From Clostridia bacterium (GTDB lineage: Bacteria > Bacillota > Clostridia > Monoglobales > Monoglobaceae): a stretch of DNA of 64,000 nucleotides. Every line of letters starts with the position of its first letter. Position 1 is the stretch's first letter. Positions 19,207 to 28,441 of the stretch are shown piece by piece. The notes beneath the pieces were generated by a model. The model did no database searches, was not told the origin of the DNA, and was given only the letters and a program-made list of their open reading frames with translations. The stretch lies in NCBI GenBank assembly GCA_045648205.1, contig JAZRNM010000030.1, positions 84,501-148,500 on the forward strand, in the 5' to 3' direction. The translations under genes were made by a program, and so were the position numbers.

Positions 19207-20361
19207 TCACTGCTCAAGCACTCTTTTTGCAATATCTCTATAAGAAAACATTTTTATTCCTTTTTCCGCCTCAAGCTTCATATTCTCATATTTTTCTTCA
19301 TTACAAGCAATGCTTTCAACAACCTTTTTCATTTCCTCTGCAGAATCTTCTCTCAAGAACTCACAGTTCCCGCCAATATCCACATGGTGCATTCCTTCCC
19401 AGGACTTGAAAACGCAAGGCACACCGCAAGCACAAGCCTGCTCCCACAAAACCGAGTGTGTGCCGGGAAAGACCGCCAGATCAGATGCAAGGAAATAATC
19501 ATAAGAATCCTCTGCCTTAATCCACCCGATGAATCTGATTTTTTCACCTTTTGCCAATGTTTCAATTTGGGGCTCCATTTCATCATTGGGTTGCCCAAAC
19601 ACAATCAATTTGAGCTTGTTGCAATCAATCTTTGATACAGCCTCCATAAGCAAATGAATATTCTTTGCCCTGTCAATCTTCCCACCTGTTATAACAACAA
19701 AATCATCTTTTTCTATGTTAAGTTTTCTGCGTATTTCATTTCTTATCTCATCTTTTCTGTCCAGGTGGATATATTCATCATCACCGCCCATAACAAGAAG
19801 CTTAGCTTTTTCCTCTTTAATCCCAAAAATCGCTTTAGCATATGACACCCGCCAAGGCGTTGTGCCATATACACTTTCATAGAATTTCTGCATATATGAA
19901 TTCAGACATCTGTAAATACATTTGAAAATTTTGCCCTTCCAATTAGCTTTGGGGCCTGCATTATAATAATCCGCATGGCTATCAGCAATCACCCGGCAAT
20001 CAGGATTTATCTTTTTCAAATATTTCGCAATCTGCAAATAAGAAAGATTCCTCAACCCGTGCACCATAATGAAATCGGGTTTTTCTTCTGTCAACTTTTC
20101 ATATAGCCCTTTGTATATCACTAATTTTGAGAAAAGTTTGTCCGTTGTGTTTCTTTCCAAAACAACAACCTTCACTCCATGTTGATCAATATATAACTTT
20201 TCTGTTTTCTTGCTTCTGTTTCCTTTGTTGTTAAAAGTATCATCTGAAGAAATAACTGTCACATCATGTCCCATCTGCACGTGAACCCTGGGAAGAATAT
20301 TTTCCTGATATCCCATCCCTTCCACATAGCAACAGTCCAAACAAATATGTACTACTTTCAT
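19207..20361 (-). CDS. Glycosyltransferase family 4 (GT-B)
   Basis: 384 aa with a C-terminal GT1/GT4 E-x7-E-like region (VFPGTHSVLWEQACACGVP). Confidence 0.8.
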   Translation of the reverse strand: MKVVHICLDCCYVEGMGYQENILPRVHVQMGHDVTVISSDDTFNNKGNRSKKTEKLYIDQHGVKVVVLERNTTDKLFSKLVIYKGLYEKLTEEKPDFIMVHGLRNLSYLQIAKYLKKINPDCRVIADSHADYYNAGPKANWKGKIFKCIYRCLNSYMQKFYESVYGTTPWRVSYAKAIFGIKEEKAKLLVMGGDDEYIHLDRKDEIRNEIRRKLNIEKDDFVVITGGKIDRAKNIHLLMEAVSKIDCNKLKLIVFGQPNDEMEPQIETLAKGEKIRFIGWIKAEDSYDYFLASDLAVFPGTHSVLWEQACACGVPCVFKSWEGMHHVDIGGNCEFLREDSAEEMKKVVESIACNEEKYENMKLEAEKGIKMFSYRDIAKRVLEQ

Positions 20362-20440
20362 CGTATAAATTCCTCCACAAACTCAATTATCTTCAAATTT
20401 ACCTTCATTTTCTATTCGTTTTAATTCTTTTATAATGTTT

Positions 20441-21673
20441 TTATAACAATCTACGATTTCCCTTTGAAATAACTTTGGGCGCAACCGCATTCACGCAAAG
20501 CCCCAACATAATGTAAAATGCCGGTTCCCTGTTTAAATAACTACTGGAAAGGAACAATTTGAAAAATCCCGTTGCCATAAATATTGCAATCAAAATTCTC
20601 ATTCTGCCATCATCCGAAGTCAAGCCCTTGATAAGCAAATGCAGCACAAAAATCAAAATTGGAATTCCTAACAAATATCCAAACTGAGCAATTATTTCAA
20701 TGACGAAATTATGGGCATAGCGCCATCCTCCCAAAATTCTGTCGCCATAAATTCCGTGTCCAAACAAGTTGAACTCTTCCATAATTTTTTTCTGTATATC
20801 ACCACGGCCTGAGTCGTTCAAAAACTCTCCCGCCTGAATTCTTCTGAGGGTATAACTATCCATTCCAAAATTTTCCGCAAGATTCGAAACTCTGGACAAA
20901 ACGCCGTCAAAATTCCGTATAAAGAAATACAAAATCACCCCCGCCAGAAGGCCAATCAGAAGCTTTTCATATAAGCTGTTCTTTTTGAAAAGAAAATATA
21001 TCAAAACACTTGCAAGGCAACAAATGGTTGCACCTCGGCATCCCGCTATGAACATAACCATAAAGCCCAAAAAACCCACGGCCAGGTATGATATTTTCTT
21101 TTTTTCAAAAAACATAACAATCAGGCAAACAGTCTGTACCAACATATTGTAAGAAAACACCATATACTGTTTTTGAAAGTCTTCCCCCAAAGTAATGAAA
21201 AAAGACACAACCGATGCTATAACAACAACCAGAGAAAACCGTATAAAATACTTTTCAAACAAATCATAGTCAGTTATATACCTTGAAAAGAAATATCCGC
21301 CAAAGGCAAACACAAACAAAATATAGAACGGATTTTCCATAACATCCGAAAAGCTTGTGAACATATAGTATTTATTATACGGAAAAAACACATATGCAAC
21401 CACCCACGCACCCAACAAAAACAGAACGAGATATATAATATCGCGCTTCACATCTTTTCCAACGGCAATCAACGTTTTCGCCAACATAAACAGCAAAACC
21501 ACATAACACACCAATGAGTCATAAATAAACTGTTCCGTAACAAACAAGTTAAATATATCGTTAATAACCCCTGTTATCGGCGAATATGAAATCAAGGTAC
21601 AAACCGTTGCACAGATTAATTTTTGTTCTTTTTGCTTTTTTCTTTCCATCAATGTTTCTGTCATTTGAACCAC
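20441..21673 (-). CDS. wzy: O-antigen polymerase / O-antigen ligase family membrane protein (Wzy)
   Basis: 410 aa with about 10 or more TM segments. It lies in a locus that also has Wzx and glycosyltransferases. Confidence 0.7.
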   Translation of the reverse strand: MVQMTETLMERKKQKEQKLICATVCTLISYSPITGVINDIFNLFVTEQFIYDSLVCYVVLLFMLAKTLIAVGKDVKRDIIYLVLFLLGAWVVAYVFFPYNKYYMFTSFSDVMENPFYILFVFAFGGYFFSRYITDYDLFEKYFIRFSLVVVIASVVSFFITLGEDFQKQYMVFSYNMLVQTVCLIVMFFEKKKISYLAVGFLGFMVMFIAGCRGATICCLASVLIYFLFKKNSLYEKLLIGLLAGVILYFFIRNFDGVLSRVSNLAENFGMDSYTLRRIQAGEFLNDSGRGDIQKKIMEEFNLFGHGIYGDRILGGWRYAHNFVIEIIAQFGYLLGIPILIFVLHLLIKGLTSDDGRMRILIAIFMATGFFKLFLSSSYLNREPAFYIMLGLCVNAVAPKVISKGNRRLL

Positions 21674-21690
21674 CTTTTGTCTAATCTCAA

Positions 21691-22506
21691 CTATTTTTTA
21701 TGTCTTGCAATATACTCCTCATATCCCATACTTTTTCTATATCCGTCTGCACCAAGCCTCATCCACTTCAAACGCTCGGTAAATTTCAATTCACTGTTTG
21801 CCCTGAGTCTGAGTGAATAGTATATCCACCAGGCAAAACATTTTCGCTTTGTTGCTTCACAAAAAGCCCCTTTTCCAAAATAGAATCTTCTATTTCTTCC
21901 ATCAAACCAGGTGGAGGTTTCGAAGCTTACCTCACCTATTAGTTCTTTCGAAACATAAAAAACCAAACCCTTGTCAGCAGCATCCTTCATCCACATACTA
22001 TCCTCACCCGATGGAAATTTGCACCCGCCTCCAAAAAGTGTGGTAAACCAGATGTTTGCCTTTCTGACAGAACTAAGTCTGAATGCTATTCTGACACATC
22101 CCCATGGTTTTCTTGTGAACCTGCTGCACTTTTTTGTTTCCTTATAGATTTTCTGTTTCCTGTTTATATCTTCCGTTTGAACATTGAAAACAATTACATC
22201 CGCATCAGGATGCGCTTCAAATTCGCCCACAATCTTTTCTTCAAGCCCGTCATAATATGTCACATCATCATCTGCAAAAAGACAAATGTCAGCATCAGCA
22301 TACAAAAGTGCCAGATTGCGATTAATGCCAACGCCACGAGTGTCGGTGGTTATCATTTTGGCTCTATGCCCTTCAAATTCAAGTTCATCATAGGAATTTC
22401 TGTCTGCCTGATTGGCAAAAATAACATCAGAATGAATGTTCATCTCTTTGATTTTTGAAAAATCATTTTGGTTCATTGTCGCGCACAAAATTTGAAAAGT
22501 GCTCAT
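21691..22506 (-). CDS. Glycosyltransferase family 2 (GT-A)
   Basis: 271 aa with a DxD-type FADDDV motif. Confidence 0.75.
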   Translation of the reverse strand: MSTFQILCATMNQNDFSKIKEMNIHSDVIFANQADRNSYDELEFEGHRAKMITTDTRGVGINRNLALLYADADICLFADDDVTYYDGLEEKIVGEFEAHPDADVIVFNVQTEDINRKQKIYKETKKCSRFTRKPWGCVRIAFRLSSVRKANIWFTTLFGGGCKFPSGEDSMWMKDAADKGLVFYVSKELIGEVSFETSTWFDGRNRRFYFGKGAFCEATKRKCFAWWIYYSLRLRANSELKFTERLKWMRLGADGYRKSMGYEEYIARHKK

Positions 22507-22508
22507 TG

Positions 22509-23732
22509 TTAATTCTCCTTATCACAGAATCTGTTTAAAGGCTGTTCCATGTTCATCAGCAACCCATTAACAAGTTTTTGGTATGCATTATTCCTGTCAA
22601 AGTATTCTGTTCCCAATTTGCGAGAGTTTTGCGCCATCTGACATCTCAAACCATCATCAGATATCAATCTTTCCAATGCCTCGGTTATTTCATCACTGTT
22701 TTCGCATTCACAATTTATTCCCGCTCCATACTGATTTAATAAATCTCTATATTCTTCACACTCTTGTGTGTTTACAACAGGCAACCCCGCCATTGCATAA
22801 TCCCCAACTTTATTAATAACACTTCCCGCTGAGCCCTTGCGTATCGGATTCACAGCAATATCACAGAGAACCAAACGTTCAACCATTTGAGGATATGGCA
22901 ACCTTCCGGTAAACTCTGCATTGATTCCTTTCTTGTTGGCATATTCAATGAAAGAATTTCTGAGAGTTCCCTCTCCCATCGCCAATAGCTTAACAGGGGT
23001 GTCAATGTCTAACTTTGCAATAGCATCTATAACCGAAATCAGGTCATAGCTCTCAGCCATACTGCCAATGTATGCTATGGTAATCCCTTCTGCCTTAACC
23101 GCCGAACCTTCAGAATAACTATCAAATTCCTCTTTATCTGTACCCAGACAAGCCACTATGGGAAGCTTGCATTTCTTGTTCGCCGACATTCCGCGTTCGG
23201 CATATGTTTTTGACACTGCAACAATTTCATCTGCCTCAGCATAAATTTTGTTTGCCTGTTTCTCCATCGGCTTAAAAACTATGTCGCTGACAACAGGAAC
23301 ACGCAGCACCATTTTAAATGCTTCAGGCCACAAATCTTGAATATCAACGACAAATCTAACACCATTTTCCCTGCAATATTCTGCTGCTGCCTCTGCAACA
23401 TCAAGGGAAGGAATCGCCGCATAAATCAAATCGGGCTTTTTTCGTTCAGTCAAATAATTACGAATATTTTTAGCAAGTTGCTTATGACTTCTGAATCTTT
23501 TCAAGCACACATTCCTGGAATATCCAATCTCATGCAAAGCAGTAATTTTTATAGTTCCGAGACTGCCAACTTTTTGGGCATGAGTCTTGGGGCTATGCAT
23601 AAAGTCTGATGTGACAATCTCAACATCGTGATGTTTACCCTCCAATAGCTTAGCAAGATATACAAAACGGCTGTTATTTCCTTCAAAGTTCTCTATGTTC
23701 CTTAAATATTGAGATACAATCACGATATCCAT
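22509..23732 (-). CDS. Glycosyltransferase family 4 (GT-B)
   Basis: 407 aa with a Glyco_trans_4-like N-domain and a GT1 C-domain. Confidence 0.8.
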   Translation of the reverse strand: MDIVIVSQYLRNIENFEGNNSRFVYLAKLLEGKHHDVEIVTSDFMHSPKTHAQKVGSLGTIKITALHEIGYSRNVCLKRFRSHKQLAKNIRNYLTERKKPDLIYAAIPSLDVAEAAAEYCRENGVRFVVDIQDLWPEAFKMVLRVPVVSDIVFKPMEKQANKIYAEADEIVAVSKTYAERGMSANKKCKLPIVACLGTDKEEFDSYSEGSAVKAEGITIAYIGSMAESYDLISVIDAIAKLDIDTPVKLLAMGEGTLRNSFIEYANKKGINAEFTGRLPYPQMVERLVLCDIAVNPIRKGSAGSVINKVGDYAMAGLPVVNTQECEEYRDLLNQYGAGINCECENSDEITEALERLISDDGLRCQMAQNSRKLGTEYFDRNNAYQKLVNGLLMNMEQPLNRFCDKEN

Positions 23733-23753
23733 AAATCCACCCCATATTCTTAA

Positions 23754-24830
23754 TTATCTAAAAATATGTCCTTCAAACACTTCTTCACTCTCTAAAATAA
23801 TTGGCTCCACATCTACATCTCTCAAAAATACGTATGGTTTTTCATAATGATAAAATGGAGTTCTTTCAACTCTATCACAATTTCCGTCTTCCATAATTTT
23901 TATGGTATCCTCAATCAAATCGAATCCCACTTGCGCCATAACACCTGTGTATGCCATATGACGGATATTTATTTCTGTCACCTTAATGTTCCCCTTGCTG
24001 TCTTCCTTAAGGTCAAAAGACAATATGCCGTGTGCAGGAATACCCAGTTTTTCTTCAAGGTATTTAATACAACTATCACAAAACATATTAATTCTGTCTT
24101 CATTTAAAAAGCGGCCAAAGTGAGTGTTGCCCGTAACATGCGAAGGTGCAATATTTGCCATAACATATTCCACGCATTCCAACGCCGCTCCCTTTACATA
24201 CTCACCGTTATAATAAAGCATCTCATTGGCTAAATGGCGCCCCGTCAGAAACTCACTTACCGTAAATTCAGGAATTTTTGAATTTATAAACAACCAACTC
24301 TTATAGCTATCAATATCGTCCAGACGAAGTGAACCCAATCCCCCCGTGCCTTCAGTAGCACGAATCCAACAAGGAAACCCAATTTCCTTAATTATATCTT
24401 CACAACGAGGATTCTCTTGTGTGACCTTAATTGTTTTGGGAATATAATCTGTTCCCTCCAATAAATCCGCCATAATAGACTTATCCTTTAAAGAAGCAGA
24501 AAAAAGCTTACTGCCCATAAATACCGCACAAGGATATTTTCCGTTTTTTTCATAGTAATCGCCCCATTCAACAATTTCACTCTCCGGTTGAACAAAGGCA
24601 TAATCAATGTGTTTTTTCTCAACGAGCTTTTCAATCCACGGGAAATAATCAGCCGATGTACAACGGGGACACACGTAATATTCATCTAGCAGGCCCTTCA
24701 TAAAGAAACCTACTGCTTTTTTATCAATGTCGCACCCAATAATTTTATAATCCGGATGATTTTTGCGAATAATCCCTGCAATTGAACGTGGAGTAAGTCC
24801 TCCAATACCTGTTACTAAAACTGTTTTCAT
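23754..24830 (-). CDS. ATP-grasp domain protein (candidate amide ligase)
   Basis: 358 aa with an N-terminal Rossmann-like pre-ATP-grasp region and an ATP-grasp core (PCWIRATEGTGGLGS, VTEINIRH). Confidence 0.7.
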   Translation of the reverse strand: MKTVLVTGIGGLTPRSIAGIIRKNHPDYKIIGCDIDKKAVGFFMKGLLDEYYVCPRCTSADYFPWIEKLVEKKHIDYAFVQPESEIVEWGDYYEKNGKYPCAVFMGSKLFSASLKDKSIMADLLEGTDYIPKTIKVTQENPRCEDIIKEIGFPCWIRATEGTGGLGSLRLDDIDSYKSWLFINSKIPEFTVSEFLTGRHLANEMLYYNGEYVKGAALECVEYVMANIAPSHVTGNTHFGRFLNEDRINMFCDSCIKYLEEKLGIPAHGILSFDLKEDSKGNIKVTEINIRHMAYTGVMAQVGFDLIEDTIKIMEDGNCDRVERTPFYHYEKPYVFLRDVDVEPIILESEEVFEGHIFR

Positions 24831-24861
24831 ATTACATTCCTCGCTCTGTTTTTATTGTATC

Positions 24862-25944
24862 CTAACTCTTTTTGAGTGCTGAAATAAGTCCGTCAATTTC
24901 TCTCGCCATATCGTCAATATTATACCGTTGGTCGCATAACAATGATATTTCAGCATGATGATATGAGGTTTCACAAAAAGGGTATTTATTGTCTAGCGGC
25001 CAATGTGCCGGACAAAAAATTTCCTTGCAAATCAATTCTTTTCGTATCAAATCCCGCTTTTTTTCATTAACTAAGATTGGAACGAACAGAGGGCAATCAT
25101 CATCCTCCAAAGAATTAAATAAAACTTTAATGTCATATTCCTTTTGATAATGATTTAGTGCTTCAATCAAATACTCAGCATTTTCACGCCTTTTACAAAT
25201 CAGGAAGTCTGAATCAATTTGTTTGAGCCTTTCGACCTCATCATTCGGTGCCGAATAATTTTCATATTTTTCACCGAGAAGGCTATTGGCCTGCTGGTAC
25301 AATTCCAAATATTCACTTTTTCCCACACCAGTACCGGTTATATACTGTCTTTTAATATGCGCCGCCGTTTTCCAGATGCTGTTAAATATATCATAAGAAT
25401 TATCATATAAAGGTGAAGCAAATTCTGTCTTTGAATACACTGTCGCACACAATAAATCAGACCACTTTCGATAACTCACAAGTACATAATCTGCCACGTC
25501 ATATGCTTTCGATTTGCTGAAAGCAGATTGTGTAGCATCAACAACAACTACTTTATTAAGCTTTTTAGCCTTATCACTCAACTGAAATGCAAACTCGCGG
25601 ACAAATCCAAAATAATCCATCACAAGCACTGCATCTGCTGTCTCTATCACCGCCATGGCATTATCTATATCCTCTTGGCTTGACAGAGCAAAATCTGTTG
25701 GAACCGGATAAAAAATTACCGAAACACCTCTGCCATAGAATGGATATACCATAGATGAACAGCAATAAGCAGGTAATGCAATTGTTTTTACTTTTTGTAA
25801 TAGCTTCAACTCATCCGCTATAAGAGCCAATCCCGTGCGACCTGATTGCACAAATCTCATGTTTCCAAAGTTAAACACACCAAAAGACGTATTTTTTCCC
25901 TTCAGAGTTGAATCTTCGTGAAATTCACTTCCTATTTCCATCAA
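24862..25944 (-). CDS. DegT-like, fold-type-I PLP-dependent enzyme (putative)
   Basis: 360 aa with landmarks resembling distant DegT/DnrJ/EryC1 relatives: IGSEF, SGRTGLAL, LPAYCCSS, DATQS and a candidate PLP-lysine in VSYRKW. Confidence 0.45.
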   Translation of the reverse strand: MMEIGSEFHEDSTLKGKNTSFGVFNFGNMRFVQSGRTGLALIADELKLLQKVKTIALPAYCCSSMVYPFYGRGVSVIFYPVPTDFALSSQEDIDNAMAVIETADAVLVMDYFGFVREFAFQLSDKAKKLNKVVVVDATQSAFSKSKAYDVADYVLVSYRKWSDLLCATVYSKTEFASPLYDNSYDIFNSIWKTAAHIKRQYITGTGVGKSEYLELYQQANSLLGEKYENYSAPNDEVERLKQIDSDFLICKRRENAEYLIEALNHYQKEYDIKVLFNSLEDDDCPLFVPILVNEKKRDLIRKELICKEIFCPAHWPLDNKYPFCETSYHHAEISLLCDQRYNIDDMAREIDGLISALKKS

Positions 25945-26465
25945 AACTCATCCTTCAACAAAGAATAAACAAAAACATTGTTATATATCCCATTTTTATA
26001 AATGCGGCTTCTCAAAGTTCCTTCTTTTTTGTAACCGCATTTTTCATACAACCTTTGTGACGCAACATTTTTTTCCATAATTTGCGCTGTCAGGCAGTGC
26101 AAATTGAGCTCATTAAAGCAATAATCAGATAATAGTCTAAGTGTTTTTGTACCTATACCCTGATTTCTTGCACGTTGAACAAACTTAACACTGATATTGG
26201 CATTTGAATTTTTAAAATCTATATCCGATATAATTGCCATTCCAACGGCATCACCTTGATATTCAACAATATATCTTACACAATTACTACTGTTTTTCAA
26301 TTCAGCAATCCATCTTTTCTGTTCACCTTGCGAAACAGGAAAAGACCACCCCAAAACCAGCTTCTCCATTTCAGGGCTATTTATCATTTCCAACAATATT
26401 TCACAATCAGTCTCTTCAATTGCCCTTAACACAATCTGCTCATCTCTTAAATTCATTAATATCAA
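25941..26465 (-). CDS. GNAT family N-acetyltransferase (RimJ/RimL-like)
   Basis: 174 aa with the acetyl-CoA motif ARNQGIGTKTL. Confidence 0.85.
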   Translation of the reverse strand: MILMNLRDEQIVLRAIEETDCEILLEMINSPEMEKLVLGWSFPVSQGEQKRWIAELKNSSNCVRYIVEYQGDAVGMAIISDIDFKNSNANISVKFVQRARNQGIGTKTLRLLSDYCFNELNLHCLTAQIMEKNVASQRLYEKCGYKKEGTLRSRIYKNGIYNNVFVYSLLKDEF

Positions 26466-27094
26466 ACCTCACTTTTTTCCAATTGCCTTTTTCTATACGT
26501 ATCAAAATCTTGAATCAAAGTCGTTCCTCTAACTGAGATATCCTTCTGTTTCAAGGCCAAAACCACCGTCGAAGCAATAATTTTTATATCCATCCACAAA
26601 GACATTTTTTCTATGTATTCCAAATCATATTTAAATCTGTCTTCCCAACTTATACAATTTCTGCCATTAATTTGTGCTATTCCGGTCAATCCGGGTCTGA
26701 CATCATGGCGGTGCTTCTCCGTTTCATCATAATATTCCAAATATCTTACGCGAAGAGGTCTCGGTCCCACAACACTCATATCACCTTTCAAAATATTAAA
26801 TGCCTCCGGGAGTTCATCAAGACTTGTCTTTCTGAGCAATCTTCCAAACCTGGTCAATCTGACCTCATCCGGCAGCAAATTGCCATTCTCATCACGTTCA
26901 TCTGTCATTGTGCGGAACTTATAAAGCTCAAAAATTTTTTCATCCTTGCCCGGTCTCCTTTGTTTGAAAATGACAGGGCTGCCCAGTTTAACACGAACCA
27001 AAATTGCCACAATAGCATATAACCAGCAAAATACAAGCATAGCAGCCAAAGCACAGCAAATATCTAAAAATCTTTTTATGTACCTTTGATACAC
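26462..27094 (-). CDS. Undecaprenyl-phosphate sugar phosphotransferase (small monotopic PglC/EpsL-type initiating transferase)
   Basis: 210 aa with a re-entrant N-terminal helix and the bacterial sugar transferase motifs (KFRTM, DELPEAFNILKGDMSVVGPRP, PGLTGIAQINGRN). Confidence 0.9.
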   Translation of the reverse strand: MYQRYIKRFLDICCALAAMLVFCWLYAIVAILVRVKLGSPVIFKQRRPGKDEKIFELYKFRTMTDERDENGNLLPDEVRLTRFGRLLRKTSLDELPEAFNILKGDMSVVGPRPLRVRYLEYYDETEKHRHDVRPGLTGIAQINGRNCISWEDRFKYDLEYIEKMSLWMDIKIIASTVVLALKQKDISVRGTTLIQDFDTYRKRQLEKSEV

Positions 27095-28222
27095 CTAAAA
27101 CATCTCCTTGATTATCTCAATAATTTCCTCTTGCTCCTCAGCTGTCATCTGTGGTGAAAAATCACTGGGCAGACAAATACCGCGAGAGAAAAGGTCCTCA
27201 CTCACCGATGTGCCATCCTCATTATGAGCAAAGAAATCGCAATCCCTGAAAAACGGTTGCATATGCATAGGCTTCCAGACAGGTCTTGTTTCAACATTTT
27301 CCTCCGCGAGCCTATCCATAATATCAAAAGGTGAAACCCCCGAGGCCTCATCAATTGTCGCAGCACTCAGCCAGTGATTCGGTTTTGTCCCTTCGAGATA
27401 TGGCTGCATTGTAATCGGAAGTCCCTCAAATGCCAATTTATATTTTTCAAATATTCTTGTCTTCTGCTGAATATGGTCAGAGAGTGCCTCCATCTGACCT
27501 CTGCCAATTCCTGCACAGATGTTGCTCATTCGATAGTTGAAGCCAAGTTCCTCATGTTGATACCACCTTGCGGGCTCACGGCTCTGGGTAATCCATTTGA
27601 GAACAGTTTTGAGCTGTTCTTCATCATTTCCCACAAGCATACCTCCGCCCGAGGTGGTAATAATCTTATTTCCATTGAAGGAAAGTATTCCAAACTCACC
27701 AAAAGCGCCAAGCTGCTTTCCTTTATATTCACCGCCAAGTCCCTCTGCTGCATCTTCAATCAAGGGAACATTATGCTCCGCACAGATTCTCGTTATCTCA
27801 TCCATTTTTGCAGGAGTTCCGTAAAGGTGAACAACAACAACCGCCTTTGGATTGGGGTATTTTTCAAAAGCCTTTTCCAGAGCCTCGGGACTCATATTCC
27901 ATGTATCAGGCTCACTGTCAATGAAAACGGGAGTTCCGTTTTGGTAAACAATGGGATTTGCACTTGCACTGAATGTCATTGACTGGCAAAAAACTATATC
28001 TCCACTTCCAACACCAACCGACCGAAGCGCCATATGTATCGCCGCCGTTCCCGCGCTCATTGCGACAGCGCCCTTTGTTCCCAGATATTCCTTAATCTCA
28101 TTTTCAAACTCATTCACATTCTTGCCGAGAGGTGCAATCCAATTGGTGTCAAAGGCTTCCTTTATGTACTTTTGTTCCTCTCCGCACATACACGGCGAAG
28201 ACAGATAAATTTTCCTTTTCAC
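27095..28222 (-). CDS. DegT/DnrJ/EryC1 aminotransferase (EpsN/PglE-like UDP-4-keto-6-deoxy-HexNAc 4-aminotransferase)
   Basis: The N-terminus KIYLSSPCMCGEEQKYIKEAFDTNWIAPLG closely resembles B. subtilis EpsN. The PLP-lysine lies in SFNGNKIIT. I place the start at GTG 28222, 7 nt after GGGAGGAAAAGG. The track start at ATG 28309 has no RBS and would translate a perfect hairpin. Confidence 0.88.
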   Translation of the reverse strand: MKRKIYLSSPCMCGEEQKYIKEAFDTNWIAPLGKNVNEFENEIKEYLGTKGAVAMSAGTAAIHMALRSVGVGSGDIVFCQSMTFSASANPIVYQNGTPVFIDSEPDTWNMSPEALEKAFEKYPNPKAVVVVHLYGTPAKMDEITRICAEHNVPLIEDAAEGLGGEYKGKQLGAFGEFGILSFNGNKIITTSGGGMLVGNDEEQLKTVLKWITQSREPARWYQHEELGFNYRMSNICAGIGRGQMEALSDHIQQKTRIFEKYKLAFEGLPITMQPYLEGTKPNHWLSAATIDEASGVSPFDIMDRLAEENVETRPVWKPMHMQPFFRDCDFFAHNEDGTSVSEDLFSRGICLPSDFSPQMTAEEQEEIIEIIKEMF

Positions 28223-28324
28223 TAACCTTTTCCTCCCATCAAAAACAATAGATTTGCCGTTTGCAAACACACAAAATTTCAACATAACGATGTTATGTTG
28301 ATTTTGCACAAAAATTAAATGTCA

Positions 28325-28353
28325 CGTACCTTAAATTCTATCACAATTATTCC
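28325..28353 (-). promoter_or_regulatory. Sigma-A-type promoter of the 16-gene glycan operon
   Basis: On the minus strand: TTGACA (28353-28348), 17-nt spacer, TGaTAGAAT with the -10 hexamer at 28330-28325. Confidence 0.65.
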
Positions 28354-28441
28354 TTATTGTCAATCAAAAAAACTACATTCTAAATATGAGATTTTTGAAT
28401 ATATATTAAAAAAGAATTTCAATTGAAAGGATAATTATCTT

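Noticed and set aside
27374-27982. A long antisense ORF of 202 aa opposite the aminotransferase. Similar cases occur at 32950-33678, 47206-47895, 38239-38742, 6669-7124 and 12156-13012.
   Set aside because: All lie entirely inside well-supported genes on the other strand. They lack an RBS and have the low-complexity composition typical of antisense frames.
28223-28309. The ATG 28309 start for the EpsN-like aminotransferase.
   Set aside because: It has no RBS, and the extra 29 residues are not part of the family. They would be translated from a perfect hairpin. GGGAGG lies 7 nt upstream of GTG 28222.
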